Shown here: positions 38,701 through 53,149 of the stretch, piece after piece | How the letters are laid out: each line of letters begins with the position of its first letter | How positions within the stretch are numbered: the stretch's first letter is position 1 | Origin: Torpedo marmorata | Taxonomy: Eukaryota | NCBI GenBank assembly: GCA_977017645.1 | Contig: OZ360235.1 | Location: 37,138,001 to 37,202,000 of the forward strand | Length of the DNA: 64,000 nucleotides | Reading direction: 5' to 3' | Notes under the pieces: model-generated | Told to the model about the DNA's origin: nothing | The model's database searches: none | The model's input: only the letters and a program-made list of their open reading frames with translations | Position numbers and translations under genes: made by a program

Positions 38701-39281
38701 TCAGTCATGATTATGTAAAAGATCAAAAGCCTACCACAAATTTCCAGCACTGGTGATTATTGAGTGGCAGTGAATAGCCCATATTTACCCACTCCATGAT
38801 CTGAATCTATTGATTTCAAAGGAATGAATTATCTGCAGCTTGACAAACTGGTCTATAAGATTCTATAATATAATTTACATGGGGTCACTGGATGACTTAC
38901 GATGGCAACACCAAAAGACATGATTAAAACTGTAATGCTACTTTGTTCAGCCACCTTCAATGCTCATTTTTTCTCATGTAGATTCAGTGTAATTTAACTT
39001 CAAAAAGGTGAAATTCTATAACTGAAGAGAGGTCACTATCTTATGGAGTTTAGATAGATGGGCAACATTATGGTCAATCTTCCTTGATAGAGCTATTACT
39101 TGGATCTTGTCAGCACTAAAGATGCACATCATTTATCCACCCACTGTCTAACATTGTCTCCATCACCTGCATTGATTTAGATGCTGCTCAGATTCATTTA
39201 AAACTAAACTACTCTCTAGAGGGTAGTGTTACCAACAAAAAGAAAATTTTTACTTTTGATGACATCTATAAAATCATTAAC

Positions 39282-39326
39282 AAAGGTAAAGGTTCCATTA
39301 TTGTCACGTAATACTACATTTAGAAT
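39282..39326 (-). mobile_element. Extremely 5'-truncated copy of the tail seen in the 5S-SINE
   Basis: AAAGGTAAAGGTTCCATTATTGTCACGTAATACTACATTTAGAAT is the reverse complement of ~32098-32143. Confidence 0.85.
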
Positions 39327-39404
39327 AAGGATACAAAATGGAAAGGAACCAGATTTTGATGCAAATGCTGTAAAGATAATACTTATCCATTAAGATAGAA
39401 AACC

Positions 39405-40131
39405 AAATCACCACAAAAACTACACAAGTCAAATTCAGAAATATGAGAAATGTGTTTCAGGTATGGTATAGAAATTGGATCCTTTTTACACTCCACTCGG
39501 TCATGTGCAAAGGTAAGGCCCTTTTGGCATGATTTAGCTAACGCACTAACTAGGATTACGGGAGTAGCCTTTCCACTGGACCCGGAGTTGTATCTTCTAG
39601 GAAACCTCATGGACATAAGCAACAGATTATCTAAATTCCAAATACAATTTGTAAAAGTTGCTCTGTCCGTAGCAAAAAAATGCATTGCAGTTACTTGGAG
39701 GTCCGACTCCCCCCCTTCTCATCACTCGATGGTCTACGGAAATGTACATCTGTATCCCCATGGAAAAAATTACATATAGTCTTAGTAATAAATATAACTT
39801 TGTTAAAGTGTGGCAACCGTACTTGGAGCACATTGGTGCTCAGTTGTAATCAAACCCCTGAGGTATGGTATAATGTAATGTATAATTATTTTAAGGGTGT
39901 GACATCCCCAAATACTTGAACAAAAGTTGTAAGCACTGATGGTATGTTTAGTTTTCTTTGCTTTTTCTTTTGTCTTTGTTTTATTCTTTTTTTGGGTGGG
40001 GAATGGAGGGTTAAGGGGTGTAATGTATTCTGCACTTGACACGTTTGAAATTTGTGTATATTTTGTGATTGTTTATTAATGTTTTGTGAAAATTTCTGAA
40101 AATGAAAAATAAAATATTTTTTTAAAAAAAA
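39405..40131 (+). mobile_element. L1-clade LINE 3' fragment
   Basis: Decayed ORF2 C-terminal Cys/His motif (CFRYGIEIGSFLHSTRSCAKVRPFW), AKKCIAVTW, KVWQPYL; T/G-rich 3' UTR, AATAAA and A-tail. Confidence 0.85.
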
Positions 40132-40992
40132 GATGGAAAACCAAATATATTCAAAGCTGATGCAGATTATTGGTCTATAGCATTGTTAAAGGTTATAGGA
40201 GCAGGCAGGACAGTGGAGTTGAGACAAAGATTTGCCCACCAATATCTTATTGAATGGCACAGTGGGTTCGAAGAATTTAGTGGCCATTTCTTGTTCCTAA
40301 TTCATACATTCTTATAATGATTTTAAGCATGGTTCCTCAAACTAAGTCAGGTATCCACTTGAGCACTATATAATACAATAGCCACTGTACTAACCAAGGC
40401 TACAAGGTGGCTCCAGAAAGATGAATTGTCAAACTTTCTATGACTTCCAAGAACATTTTGTGACTGTACATTGCAGATTACAGCATTGTGAAACATCATT
40501 TATTACTTGATGATTTAAAGCTGCACACCTAATTGATACTGGGTGGATGGTCCCAGAAAATGATGAGGAATGACTTCTGGTACACTCTTGATAATGATGT
40601 GCCCATTCCATCTTTCCTGAGGCTTACCACTAAATGACTAGGGCATCTACTTAAATGAGGGGCAGGTGCTTTAAAAATCGAAATCAATAGTACAACACTA
40701 TTGATTATGTAATGTGCATGTTCCACTCAATATCACATGGTGGATCGGCCACAGAGGAGCTCAGCAGGCAAGTGTAAGATTATTTTGCACGACTGGGAGA
40801 AGTATTTTTCCAGATTTAATCTTGCACTGTATTATCTCCAAGAGAAAAATGCATCCCTTTCTAATTAAGGTAGTGATCACGTTATACATGCCATTGTCAG
40901 TGCGGTCTCCTGAGTTGGTATCAATCAGATAGAGGGCCTAAAGAGGAATTCTTCTGATTTTTTTTCCAAATACTTGGCAGTAAGTTTTGGTA

Positions 40993-41293
40993 CAGTGAAA
41001 CCCCGTTATAATGCGATCATTGGGGTCCATAAAATCTCATCGCGAAAAAATCAGGGTCGCGCTAACTTGGGGTTTCATTATATTTCCCTGTTTAATTTGC
41101 ATACCTACATCATTTCCATTTCTCCTTTATTTGGAACATCCCAGTTATTCTGTATGTATTTTAAATTAATCCGGGAGCCCGATGCCCCCGCTCCTGCCGG
41201 GAGTCCGACGTCCCCGACGCCTGAGTCCAATGACTCATCGCGTTATATCCGAATTCGCGTTAAATCGGGGTGCGTAAAATTGGGGTTTCACTG
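40993..41293. mobile_element. Tc1/mariner (Tigger-like) MITE
   Basis: TA-CAGTGAAACCCC ... GGGGTTTCACTG-TA. Confidence 0.85.
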
Positions 41294-42451
41294 TATATCT
41301 TGACAATGACATGGCACATTTGGATGGTGTTGGGGGCAGGAGGCCTGATTTTATTTTGATAAGGAGATTCTTGAATACCCAAGGACAGATTTAACCACAG
41401 GTCCATTTTGTTTGAAATGTTTGCATACCTTGTTTTTTTTTTGTGTGTACAAACTATTTCACTGTTAGAAACCCTTTCACAAAGAAAGCAGTTTGCTTTC
41501 ACCAACTGGAAAGAAAATGATAATTAACACCAAATGTACATTTAACAAAAAAAAATTCAACAACTATACAAAATTAGTTGAGAAAATGAATGTTGTTTCC
41601 GCTTTTCCTTTCTCTGTTAGGGAATGAGAGCAGGGGCTGTTTAGGATCTGATATTGGGGACACTCATAACCATACATAAAGTTTGCAAGAATATAAATAT
41701 ACAAGTTGAATTTTGTAAGGAGTGGAGAATAAAACATGTAACAGAGGTAAGCCAGACATAGTTTTCTTAACCAAAGCCTAAACAATGCTCAGCAGAGTGA
41801 TCTTGTCAGGAGTTTGAATAAAACTAGGGCCATGTGAAGGGCATTAGAAAGAAGACACTTTTTCCTTTATTCTTTTTAACCTAGCTGTCATAACTGATAA
41901 CCTGGATCCTTTATATTATTTTCTCAAGGTCATGATCACTGCTCACATGTGAACACAAATACTTTGTTTCAAAGTGATTCCTGACTGTTCTGTAAATATT
42001 TTACGACGACTAATTCAGGTAATACGCATGCGCAAGCTCATCAAAACAGATTGTGTTTCATGTTACAGCTGTGCATCTCCCAAGTCTCTAAGAAGGCTAC
42101 ATAAATCTGCTGACAAAGTGGCATTTGGAAATGCTTAAAAGATGAAACAAGGAAAGTGCATGAAGTAAAGATTTCATTGTTTTCCTTGAAATAGAGATAT
42201 TCTCATTATTTAGAGACTGTTTTATTTCAGGCATTAAGGCTAATACCATCACATCATGTGCCACTTTATTTTTAAGTGACACAAATGCATGTTCCTTTTT
42301 TCAATAGTACTAATCCTTCCTATGAGGAAAAAGCTCTTCTCTCACTATTCTGTGATTCTAATCAAACATGAATTACTTTATACTTGAATTAAACTCCTTC
42401 CACTTTTCTGTAATGATTGTTATTATTGTAGATGAATTAGTTTTAATTTGG

Positions 42452-43438
42452 AGAATCAGAATCAGAATCAGAATTTATTGTCATGAACAAGTCATGAAAT
42501 TCGGTGTTTTGCGGCAGCATCATAGTGCAATTAACATTGATATTATAACCATCTTACGACATTACTATAAAAAATTAATCGTGCACGAAAAGTAAGGCAG
42601 TGTCTTTGGTTCATTGATTATTCAGGAATCTGATGGCAGCGGGGAAGAAGCTGTCCTTGTGCCGTTGAGTGCTCGTCTTTAGGCTCCTGTACCTTTTTCC
42701 CGATGGTAGCAGAGTGAAGAGGGCATGGCCTGGGTGGTGGGGGTCTTTGAGGATAGAGGCTGCTTTTTTAAGACACCGCCTCATGTAGATGTCCTCGATG
42801 GAGTGAAGTTTGGTGCCTGTGATGTCACAGGCCGAGTTAACAACCCTCTGGAGTTTATTCTTGTCCTGAGAGTTGGCGCCTCCATACCAGGCAGTGATGC
42901 AACCAGCCAGAATGCTCTCCACGGTACACCTGTAGAAGTTTACGAGAGTCTTCGGTGACATACCGAATCTCCTCAGACACCTCACAAAGTATAGCCGCTG
43001 ACGAGCCTTCTTTGTAATTGCATCAACGTGGATGCTCCAGGACAGATCCTCGGAGATGTTGACACCCAGGAATTTGAAGTTCTTGACCCTCTCCACTACT
43101 GAGCCCTCGATGAGGACTGGGTCATGTTCCCCTGACTTCCTCCTGAAGTCCACAATCATCTCCTTGGTTTTGCTGATGTTGAGCTCAAGGTTGTTGTCAT
43201 TACACCATTCAATGAGATGATCTATCTCCCTCCTGTACGCTTCCTCGTTGTCGTTTGTGATTCTGCCGACAACTGTGGTATCATCGGCAAACTTGTAGAT
43301 GGCATTGGAATTGTGCCTGGCCACACAGTCATGGGTGTATAACGAGTAGAGCAGTGGACTAAGCACGCATCCTTGGGGTGCGCCTGTGTTGATAATCAGT
43401 GAGGAGGAGACGTTGTTTCCAATTCGTACTAACTGTGA
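42452..43438 (-). mobile_element. Young 5'-truncated Rex1/Babar LINE (RT C-terminus; ORF 43366-42611)
   Basis: Uninterrupted PQGCVLSPLLYSLYTHDC...KFADDTT...[10 protein letters not shown]...SFFPAAIR; 3' UTR and (TCTGAT)n tail at 42452-42475. Confidence 0.93.
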
Positions 43439-45512
43439 TCAAACTCATGTTTTTTCACTTGACAGTTATTTTTTTCTGTGAAACCAACAAGTTTATCAAA
43501 TTCCAACCTTCCTAATTATTGCTGCCCTTCCCATTGCAAATGTAGACAATGTTTTTGTCTCTTTCCACTTATTGTACTGTGGTGACAATCTGATAACCTG
43601 GTCAAATCAACTAACTACTGTATGTTCAGTAGGAGGGGAAGCTGAAAATCAAACTAGTGAGCCTTAAGTACATTTCATCACCTTATGTGCAGTACTTGTC
43701 CCTAGATTACTTCTTATGCAGAAGCCCATTATAGCAAAATTGAAACATAGCATTTCAGGTTCTGTCATTTTTATTGTCATTCTTTCACAAAATACTTTGA
43801 AAATCGATCATCTTTTAAAAGCACACTGACTAAAACTGGAAAAATATCAAAAATGTTGAAATGAAAGATACTATCATGTCAGGAGTTCATGTAATCAACA
43901 TCAATGATGGCTCATTATTAAATGAATTAATAGATAGATAATTTGCCTTTTGCTTCAGTTTCTTGGGATGTAGCAGAAACAACTTACACAACTGTCTCGC
44001 TTCCATCAGTCAAAATATAAATAGCACAGGGTGGTGCTCCTATTACTTTATTGAGATCTTTATATTGTTAATTGATCTGATAAAAATAGCTTAAGTTTCC
44101 AAAAAGTTTCACTTAATCTAAACAAAAGTAAACTATTATTATGTCATTGCAGCTAAATTTTAAATTATAGTGAATTAAAACCTGATAAATATGCTAAGAA
44201 TGATTCACCAAAATTTACCGTTTTCAAAAAGATCACCATATTAGTGCATTGTGAACGAAAGGTAGAATATTGGTTAGATCTGACACATGCGAGTATCTAT
44301 CCCATCAAAACTGTACAATAATGATGGGACTCGTATAGAAAACCACCTGCTGGTTGCTCATTTAAATTTTGTTGCACCTAATGCAGCTACCTTCTGCTTG
44401 GTTACATATGTTCCAAATACACTGAGCTGCTCCAAAAAATCATTTTTCTCTATTTTTTGATGGAAAGGAGAATTCAATACTTGCCATTTCTTTACACTAA
44501 TCAAGAACCATAAAATTTCATTTAACTCTTATGAAATTCACAGAGTAAATTTATCTGGAATCCAGAATATTACAAACAAAAATATTTTTTCCCAACATGC
44601 TGTATGTTACATAACTTGTACATTTTGTTTGTATTTCCATTCAGGTTGGTGAATTTAATGACAAAATAAATATGCATCATTACAGTTCTGTTGTGTTTGT
44701 TTCAAAGTTAAATATTTCAGATCCTTGTCATCATTATCTTTTGAATAACAACTTTACCAAAACGAATTAAAGAAAACAATTGTTTTAATCGTCATATTGT
44801 TGGCACCAATTTTAACCTTGACCTTAATGGAGTTTGTGCAGTTAGAAACCAATGGTTTAGTTACTTGGATGGTCCGGTTTTCTGCAAATTCCAATTACAT
44901 TCTGCAGAGTTTAGCACTGAATAAAGGATCCACCAGGATCAGGAAGGTGTGGGGTGTGCAACTACATGAATTTAAGAACATTTGTGTTTATAGGTCAATA
45001 GGGGCTTGACTGTATTTTCATTAGGGGCTTGAGCAGGGAGATTGCAATGTTTTCCTATCAATCTAAAACAGATCAGTAGTCCTATACATTTTTTTTGTGG
45101 AACCAGGAGGAGTAGACATGTTCCTCCAGAACAATGAGCACATTCAAGGTCTAACCATCTCAGATTCCTCTCCATATTCTATCCCTGTCACTGTTAGACA
45201 GCCCTGCACCTGGCAGGGGCAATCTGCTCTTTCCTTACTGGCAGTTGCTGGCTCCTTGTCCTGCCCAGAATTATGAAGGGCAGCATTTAAGTGACAGCTG
45301 AGACTTAAAAGTTCTTGGCCTGTAACTCAATCTAGTAGATGGATTTCAAAATCTCCCCTCCCCCTGCACCCACCCTTCACTGAGACCTGCCAACCATTAA
45401 AATTGACTTCCTAAATTTAAAATAATCTTGCAAGGCAATACAACAGTGAACCTTCTTTACTTCAGAACAAACACATTCAATTTATGTTGTAAGTGAGAAA
45501 TCAAATAATGTG

Positions 45513-45524
45513 GCCCTCTGGTGG
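45513..45524 (-). promoter_or_regulatory. Candidate CTCF site
   Basis: Reverse strand CCACCAGAGGGC matches the CTCF core in unique AT-rich DNA; motif match only. Confidence 0.35.
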
Positions 45525-45838
45525 AAAATAACATATTACAACTGATGTGCCCAAGGTAAAAAAAACTGAAGACTAATAAATAACAAAAACCGATTAGAAT
45601 TACTTTATTTCAAATTAAGAAGATAAATACCTATCAATAAAAATGCATTATCACAATAAAATGTCATGCTACTACATTTAAGCTGAAGAAAGTCTTAATA
45701 TTGGAGTATAATTAATGTGAAAATTGTTTTCAACACTGAAGATTAAAATTACTGAAAGCACTCAAAATACATCTTATTATTCTATGGGGGAAGCTTTTCT
45801 GATCGTTAATAAGAAAAATGTGATGAAATATAAAAGAA

Positions 45839-46066
45839 NNNNNNNNNNNNNNNNNNNNNNNNNNNNNNNNNNNNNNNNNNNNNNNNNNNNNNNNNNNNNN
45901 NNNNNNNNNNNNNNNNNNNNNNNNNNNNNNNNNNNNNNNNNNNNNNNNNNNNNNNNNNNNNNNNNNNNNNNNNNNNNNNNNNNNNNNNNNNNNNNNNNNN
46001 NNNNNNNNNNNNNNNNNNNNNNNNNNNNNNNNNNNNNNNNNNNNNNNNNNNNNNNNNNNNNNNNNN
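45839..46066. other. Assembly gap (N run)
   Basis: Run of N. Confidence 1.
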
Positions 46067-46757
46067 AACACTCTCATTACACCTTTACACTTCCATTATC
46101 AAGATGGTCCCATTCTGCCAATTACAGAGGCAGTCCCAGAACAGAAGGGAAAAGCATGGTACAGTCTTCCAACAAATAAATGCCTTAAATAATTGCATTG
46201 CTGTTTCTTAAGTATTTATAAGCTCACTATAATTACATTTTCAGTCAATGGACTGACATTATACTTTTATGATCAAAAATACTTTAAATTAAGCTGCATT
46301 GCATGATCAAAATAGAAACATATTAATTGTCATGTTTTAAGTCTCCCTTTCTAAAAAAAACACCTTAAACTGAAAGGACAAGTTTATATTCTGTTTTTCA
46401 TACAGTATTATCCAGCTTCGAAAATTATGTGTGACTATAGCTTATTTAAAATATTCAGTATCTTGATTCTGTCAGTATTTTACAGCATTCTTTATGAAAG
46501 ACTGTTGTTTAATGATGCACAGCTAATCATACTAAATTAAAATTTTGTAAGGAGGTTACAAATCATATAGCATCAGCCTGTGATAAATAGAGTGATGGGA
46601 TTCCTTTTAAGGTGACTAAATAAAATTTTGCCTCAAAGGCATTTAAAGAAAAAAGCCCTCGCAGAAAACATCACAGATATTGGCTGCTTTTAAATCGACT
46701 GGCTGATATTCATTTATTTTTGTGACATTTAAAACATTTAATACTGTCCTTCTTCGG

Positions 46758-46976
46758 NNNNNNNNNNNNNNNNNNNNNNNNNNNNNNNNNNNNNNNNNNN
46801 NNNNNNNNNNNNNNNNNNNNNNNNNNNNNNNNNNNNNNNNNNNNNNNNNNNNNNNNNNNNNNNNNNNNNNNNNNNNNNNNNNNNNNNNNNNNNNNNNNNN
46901 NNNNNNNNNNNNNNNNNNNNNNNNNNNNNNNNNNNNNNNNNNNNNNNNNNNNNNNNNNNNNNNNNNNNNNNNNNNN
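46758..46976. other. Assembly gap (N run)
   Basis: Run of N. Confidence 1.
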
Positions 46977-48049
46977 TTTATCATTTCCACTGCATAACTG
47001 TACTGTAGTTTAAGAACAGCAAAAAAAAATGTCGTGCTAAGATCTGTTGAAATTTTATGGTAAATAAATAGCCACAATTGTTTCAAAAACATAACCAGAA
47101 AACCTAGCACCTGCATTCCAGCTATTTTTGAGGTCACATTATTTCTCCCAAAGGCCTTAAAACTTGAATGAAATACTTTTCCTATAAAAAAGAAAAAGCT
47201 CGACTTTAACACTATTTGAAATAAAGTGCATTTGCACTGCTCTCTAAAACACATACAACAACCAAATCTTGAATGCATTGCTCTTCTGCTAGTGAGATCA
47301 AACTCAGCTCACGTCCAAAATGCATAAATGATAAAGTCTATTGTTCATTCTGATTATTAGGTTAAGAAAATTAGAAGCAAATAACACTACATGCATTACC
47401 TCATGAGTAATTCTGCTACAAAACTACTAATAAAATCCAGAGGTTGTATTAATAAATGAAAACTTTTTAAAAAAAATTACAATATAAGTGGCTACTCAGT
47501 AACACAAGCTTCATTTTTCATCACTTGCCAGGTGCAGTTGAGAATGCACAGAATACAAAGAAAATAAGTATGCAAATGGTACACAGAAGCTGACAGCCGC
47601 TTTAGCTACTGTAAACAACTGCTGAACCAGATGTGTTTATGAACAAACAGCCAAGGTTACACTTCTTATTGAACATTAACTAAAAAGATAATACAAATGG
47701 AAAATGTGACACATGATGTTGATGACTCTTACAAGATAAGAATAATGCAAGCAGATTTTCAAGGCACAGCATAAACACATTCAGATTCATTGTACATTGT
47801 ATATGTAAAATATTGAAAACATTTAGAAAGAGGAAAAAGCTGGATTGTTATTTTATTATGTATTTGCAATATTACACACTTTTTTTTGAAAGCGCAAAGT
47901 GAACCTGATGGGCTAAAGTGATCACTGGAAATAATTTGTGAAATCAGTTCTATCTTCTACAATGCCAATGCCATTTTAAATTGTCACAGGAAGGCGCATC
48001 ACCACTAACTGAACAATACGAAGCAACGATTTGAAGAGAAAGTTGGTGG

Positions 48050-48730
48050 CGTAGTTAGTTAAGTTTGTGGATGAGACTATAAGTGGTGGTAGAGTGGACA
48101 AGTGAAGAAGGTGATTTGAGATTACAACAGGATCGAGATGAACTGGGAAAGTGGGCCAAAGAATGGCAGATGGAATTTAACTCAGACAAGTGAATAGTGT
48201 TGCATTGCTGGAAGTTAAACTAGGGCAGGATTTGCACCGTACATGGAAGTGCCCTGGAGAGTGCTTCGTAAAATAAAAAACCAAGGGGCACAAATACATA
48301 GCTCCCTGAAAGGGGCAACACAAGTGGACAAGGTGGTGAAGAAACCGCTTGGCACACTTGCCTTCACCAATGAGGGTACTGAGTATAGGAAATGTGCCAT
48401 CATGTTACAGCAGTACAAGATGTTGGTGAGACCATACTTGGACTACCCTGTGCAGTTCTGGTTGTCTAAGTATTGGTAGGATGTTATGAAGTTGGAAAGT
48501 GTGTAGACAAGATTCATGAGGATGTTGCTTGGACTGACAGGCTTGAGCTATGAGGAGAAACTGGAGAGGCAGGGACCGTTTTCCTTGGAGCAGCGGAGGC
48601 TGAGGAGTGACCTCATGCATAAAATCATGAGGGGCATAGAAGAGGTGAATGGTCACAGTCTTTATCCCAGGGTAGGGGAGTCTAAAACAAGAGAGCGTAT
48701 GTTTAAGGTGAGAAGAACCTGAGGGGCAAT
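48050..48730 (+). mobile_element. Degenerate CR1 ORF2 fragment (RT C-terminus)
   Basis: Peptides KWAKEWQMEFNSDK, LVRPYLDYPVQFW, SLEQRRLRSDL with stops and frameshifts. Confidence 0.85.
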
Positions 48731-50384
48731 TTAGGGTTTTAAAGTTGTGTAATGGACTGAGAAAGAAGGAGTTCTTTTTGGACATAGCAGCAATTTACAC
48801 ACATTGTAAATGTTTATTGAGTTCTTTGCTGTTCAAAGCACACTTCCTCAACTCCCACACATACTTATAAATGGTTGACTAATGTTTTGCTATTATATAG
48901 CATGAGAAACTCACAAAACTTCAATTTCAAACAGCAGGGAATTCTGTCAACAAACATAAATAAAATAGTAAGATAGACAATTTTGAAAAAAATGTCAGGA
49001 TATTATTGCATGCTCTAAAGTTTAAATAAATTATTATTAGGTTTAGAATACTTAAGGACTAGATGTAGAGATGTGTTGTGGAACATGTGCACTGGTGGTT
49101 GAATTGATTGCACATCGCACATGATAGGACTTTTGATCAGATTCTTACTTATGGGTGACCCCATTTGCGTGCAAGAGTAATATCAATCCCAGGTGCAGTG
49201 TCCAAATGGCAGTCCTCCCACCACACTACCCCCCTCCCACACCCAATGAAATTGATTCAAGGAGATGCAAATAACAACCTGAGCGAATCACAAATACATT
49301 AAAGCAAGTGTTTTCTGTGTTGCCTTAAAGTGACATTAGAATTGTAGAAAACTGATTGTTCAAAGGGAATTGTCTCCTTTTGCTAATACGTAATGAAATA
49401 ACAATTTAGCCCTGCACCTGCACGAAAGAGATCATCACCTATTCGCATGTTTCTTTAGAAATCAGAGAGAACAGACCACATCACACTTGATGAAGTTGAA
49501 GTCAACAGTTGTTGGTCTAATGTGAGTGCTAAGGTCGCAGCAACCTTTGATTGCTCCATATGAGGGGTACTTTAATTAGTGATTCCTCTGGCAAGAGAAG
49601 ATCCAAAGCTAAGGGCAACATGCCAAAAGGAGAGTGCCAGAACTCAGTGGGAAAGGGTGGGAGGGGGCTGTGGGAGGGTGTGGGGGCGAGAGGGCAGAGG
49701 GGAGTGGTTACAGTTGGGGCACAGAAGCAGAAAGCTACAATCTTTTATGAGCCACCTTATTAACTCCAATTGTCTCAGGAGCAATAGAGAGGTAAACTAA
49801 GCCTCCAGTGACAGGAATCTGTCATCATCTATGGGCTAATCTTCAGCCTGGAACCAGAGGTCAAGGCCTCAGAATAAGGGGTTGGCCAATTTGTGCAAAT
49901 ACATTCACACATTAGAAATTCTTTGTAATTCATCACCCAAGATGGTTGTGGAGGTTCAGTCACTCAGTACATTCGAAAGGGATTGTGACAGATTTTTAGA
50001 ATATAGGATATAGGTTAGTGGCAGTGGCATAAAATCAGCCGTTTAATGTATAAGTATGTCCTGCACAAGAGGCTGAATGTCTGCTGCTCCTATTTCTTGA
50101 GTTCTTATATGTTCCTCTCCACAGTTAAATTCAGAGCAATAAGGTCATCAGTCTGGAATGGCAGGGCCTTAGACTGCACCATGACAGGTTCATGAACTAT
50201 AACACTGAGGTGGCTACCAGTTCCATTGTTGGAAAGAAGGCCATACACAAGGTTGGAGCTGGACATAACCACGCACCCAGAAATCTCAAGCAGAGAGGTA
50301 GACTATGTTCCAGACTATTTAATTTGCCTGGTCAACAAGCTTGTGCCTCTACGCTGCCTCAAGCTCAACTAAATGTTCTGGGAC

Positions 50385-51540
50385 TGAAATAATGCACAGA
50401 GGATCCATAGTCAGCTGTGCAACACCGGCGACATGAGGTGCATGTGGCAAGCTACTAAAACAATAACAGATCACAAGAGAACCTTGTGGGTCAACGACAA
50501 TGATGCCTCCCTTCCTGACAGACTGTACATCTTCTACGCAGAGTTCGACGAGAACAACAGGCTGACGCCAAAGAAAGCTCAATCTCCCCCTGAACAACAG
50601 GCCCCATGCATAGCCATGGCAGAGGTGAGTAGAATCCTATCCAGGGTGAACCTACACAAGGCAGCGGGAGCAGACAACATATACGGCCGGGTACTGAAGG
50701 ACTGTGCAGACCAACTGACGGAGGTCCTTACGGAGATCTTCAATACGTCATTGCAGCAGTCCATTGCCCCTGTGGGTTTCAAGACAGCCACCATCATCCG
50801 GTACCAAAGAGGGTGACAGTAACAGGCCTCAACGACTACCGCCCAGTGGCACTGACCTTCACCATTATGAAATTCTTTTAGCATCTGGTGATGGAATGTA
50901 TCAAAGCGCACCTCCCAGAGACACTGGACCCATTTTAATTTGCCTACAGATCGAACCGTTCTACTGATGATGCTATAGCCTTGGAACTCCACTCTGTCCT
51001 GACCCACCTGGAGTACGACGCCTCATACGCCACGCTGCTGTTCATTGACTTTAGCTAGACGTTTAATACAATCAAAGAGACTGGTGGAGAAACTGTCCTC
51101 GTTGGCACTCAACGTCCTTTTCTGTAATTGGATTCTGGACTTCCTGACAGAAAGACTGCAGTCTGTGCGGGTTGGTAGTAGAACGTCAAGCACTATCACA
51201 TTAAGTACTGGAGCACCTCAGGGCTGTGTGTTCAGGTTGCTCCTGTTCACGCTACTGATCCATGACTGCATCGCCAGATCCAGCTCCAACAGAGTCATCA
51301 AGTTTGCAGATGACACAACAGTAGTTGGCTTCATCAGCAACAATGATGAGTCGAAATACAGAGAAGAGGTGGAAAATCTCGTGAAATGGTGCGAGAGTAA
51401 CAATCTGAGTCTCAACATGGACAAGATAAAGGAGATGATCGTGGACTTCAGGAGGACCAGGGACGACCACCCTCCACTACTCATTCATAGCTCAGTAGTG
51501 GAGAGTGGGGAGCACCAAGTTCCTCGGAGTCCACTTAGCA
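50385..51540 (+). mobile_element. Rex1/Babar LINE, RT portion (inverted relative to its own 5' half)
   Basis: [53 protein letters not shown]; several stops and frameshifts. Confidence 0.9.
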
Positions 51541-51685
51541 CCGCATTCACTATTTCATATCCTACCGATTAGAGAGGAATATTTAGAGGTGGACTCACCA
51601 CATGTTGAATCAGCTGTCAATGCCAGCTGGAATCCGGGCAGTGGAAAAGAGTGGCATACTTCCAGTTCCACAGAGAACGAGGCTA

Positions 51686-52600
51686 TGCATTATTTCACTT
51701 TGCCTTCCAGATTGCACGGGAGAGTTCAGCCCTGGCTGATCATTGTACCAACTTGTCTCCTGTCCTGACGGCTGCATTTCGAGCTCTGAGAAGTGCACGG
51801 GCCTCTGCGTCCAACCATGGTTTCTGGTTAGCCCAGGTTGAGTAGCCTCGATGCACTTGCTAATGTTGCCAGTCACTGAGCTCGTGTACTCAACGATGTT
51901 TACAGTGCTGTTGTAGGTGGCCACCTTCCTGAAACAGCTTCAGACCGTGGTCTCAAAGCAGTCCTGTAGCACTGCTGTGGACCCCTCCTCCCAGGCCATG
52001 TCCTGATCTCCCAGCGAACTGACTGTTCATTTTTCTGTCTGCTGGGGTTATCAGGACGGATATGTAATCCAAGGTGGAGGCGAGGGGCAGTCTTGTACGC
52101 ACCAGGGACGTTGGTGATTTAGAGTGTTCTCTGTTCTGGTGGCAAAGTTGACAAGCTGTTGAAACCCTGATAGAACAGTTTTCAGATTGACATGGTTGAA
52201 GTCGCCATCTACAATCATGCAACCATCAGGATGGGACATCTTGGCTTCACAGATGGCACCATAAAGCTCCTTCATTGCTTCATCCTCATTTCCCAAAGGC
52301 AGAACGTAAACTGCAGCAATCAGTGTGGCTGAGAATTCCCCAGGCAGGGAGAAGGGTCTGCATTTCACGATCAGGTACTCTATCTTTGCTGAGCAGAAGG
52401 TCTTTACGACAGAGACATTTATGCACCAGTTCTCACTGATGTAAATGCACAGACTCCCTCTTTGAGTCTTGCCAGAAACAGCAGCATCTCTGTCTGCCCT
52501 GACGGAGGTAAGGCCATCTAGCTGGATCGCTGAATCCGCAATGGAGTCCTGGAGCCATGTTTCTGTAATCACCAGAACGCGGATCTTGATTAGCTTGTTC
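51686..52600 (-). mobile_element. Rex1/Babar LINE, APE endonuclease portion
   Basis: ITETWL, IVKCRPFSLPGEFS, GDFNHVNL, and downstream linker that resumes on the + strand at 50385. Confidence 0.88.
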
Positions 52601-52934
52601 AAACATGAATGGGCAGAATAAGATCTCACTTCTCTCTATATAACCACGGTAAAGTGACCACTGGAATTTTCAATATTTCCTTCAGGAGTATGGTGGCAAG
52701 GTTCTGAAACCTTCGTATTAAAAGGAACATGTTGGTTGATGGCTCTGGAAAACAGACTCCAAGTCCTAGGGTCTGGGTCCAGCAGACACAAGAGGTCTCA
52801 TTGCATGTATGGCTAAATTAATTTTGTGGAAATGATATACAAACACATGTTGTGAATGCCTGTCTGTTCAGTCCACGTGTAAGCATTCCATAGCCACAGA
52901 GGACCGGAAAATCATTTGCAAAGACTGCAATAAG

Positions 52935-53071
52935 TAGACAATGAACAATAGACAATAGGAGCTGGAGTAGGCCCTTCAGCCCGTCGAGCCAGCACCGCCA
53001 TTTTACAGATCATGGCTGATCACTACTATCAGTACCCCTTTCCAGCCTTATCCCCATAACCCTTAACTCCC
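52935..53071 (-). mobile_element. 3' end of the outer CR1 (continues at 56584)
   Basis: (AGACAAT)n tail, AGGAGCTGGAGTAGGCCCTTC...TCCCCATAACCCTTAACTCCC; the coding continuation lies at 56584-56940. Confidence 0.8.
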
Positions 53072-53149
53072 CATATAACCATATAACAATTACAGCACGG
53101 AAACAGGCCATTAGGCCCTTCCAGTCCGCACCGAACCAAACATTCCTAT

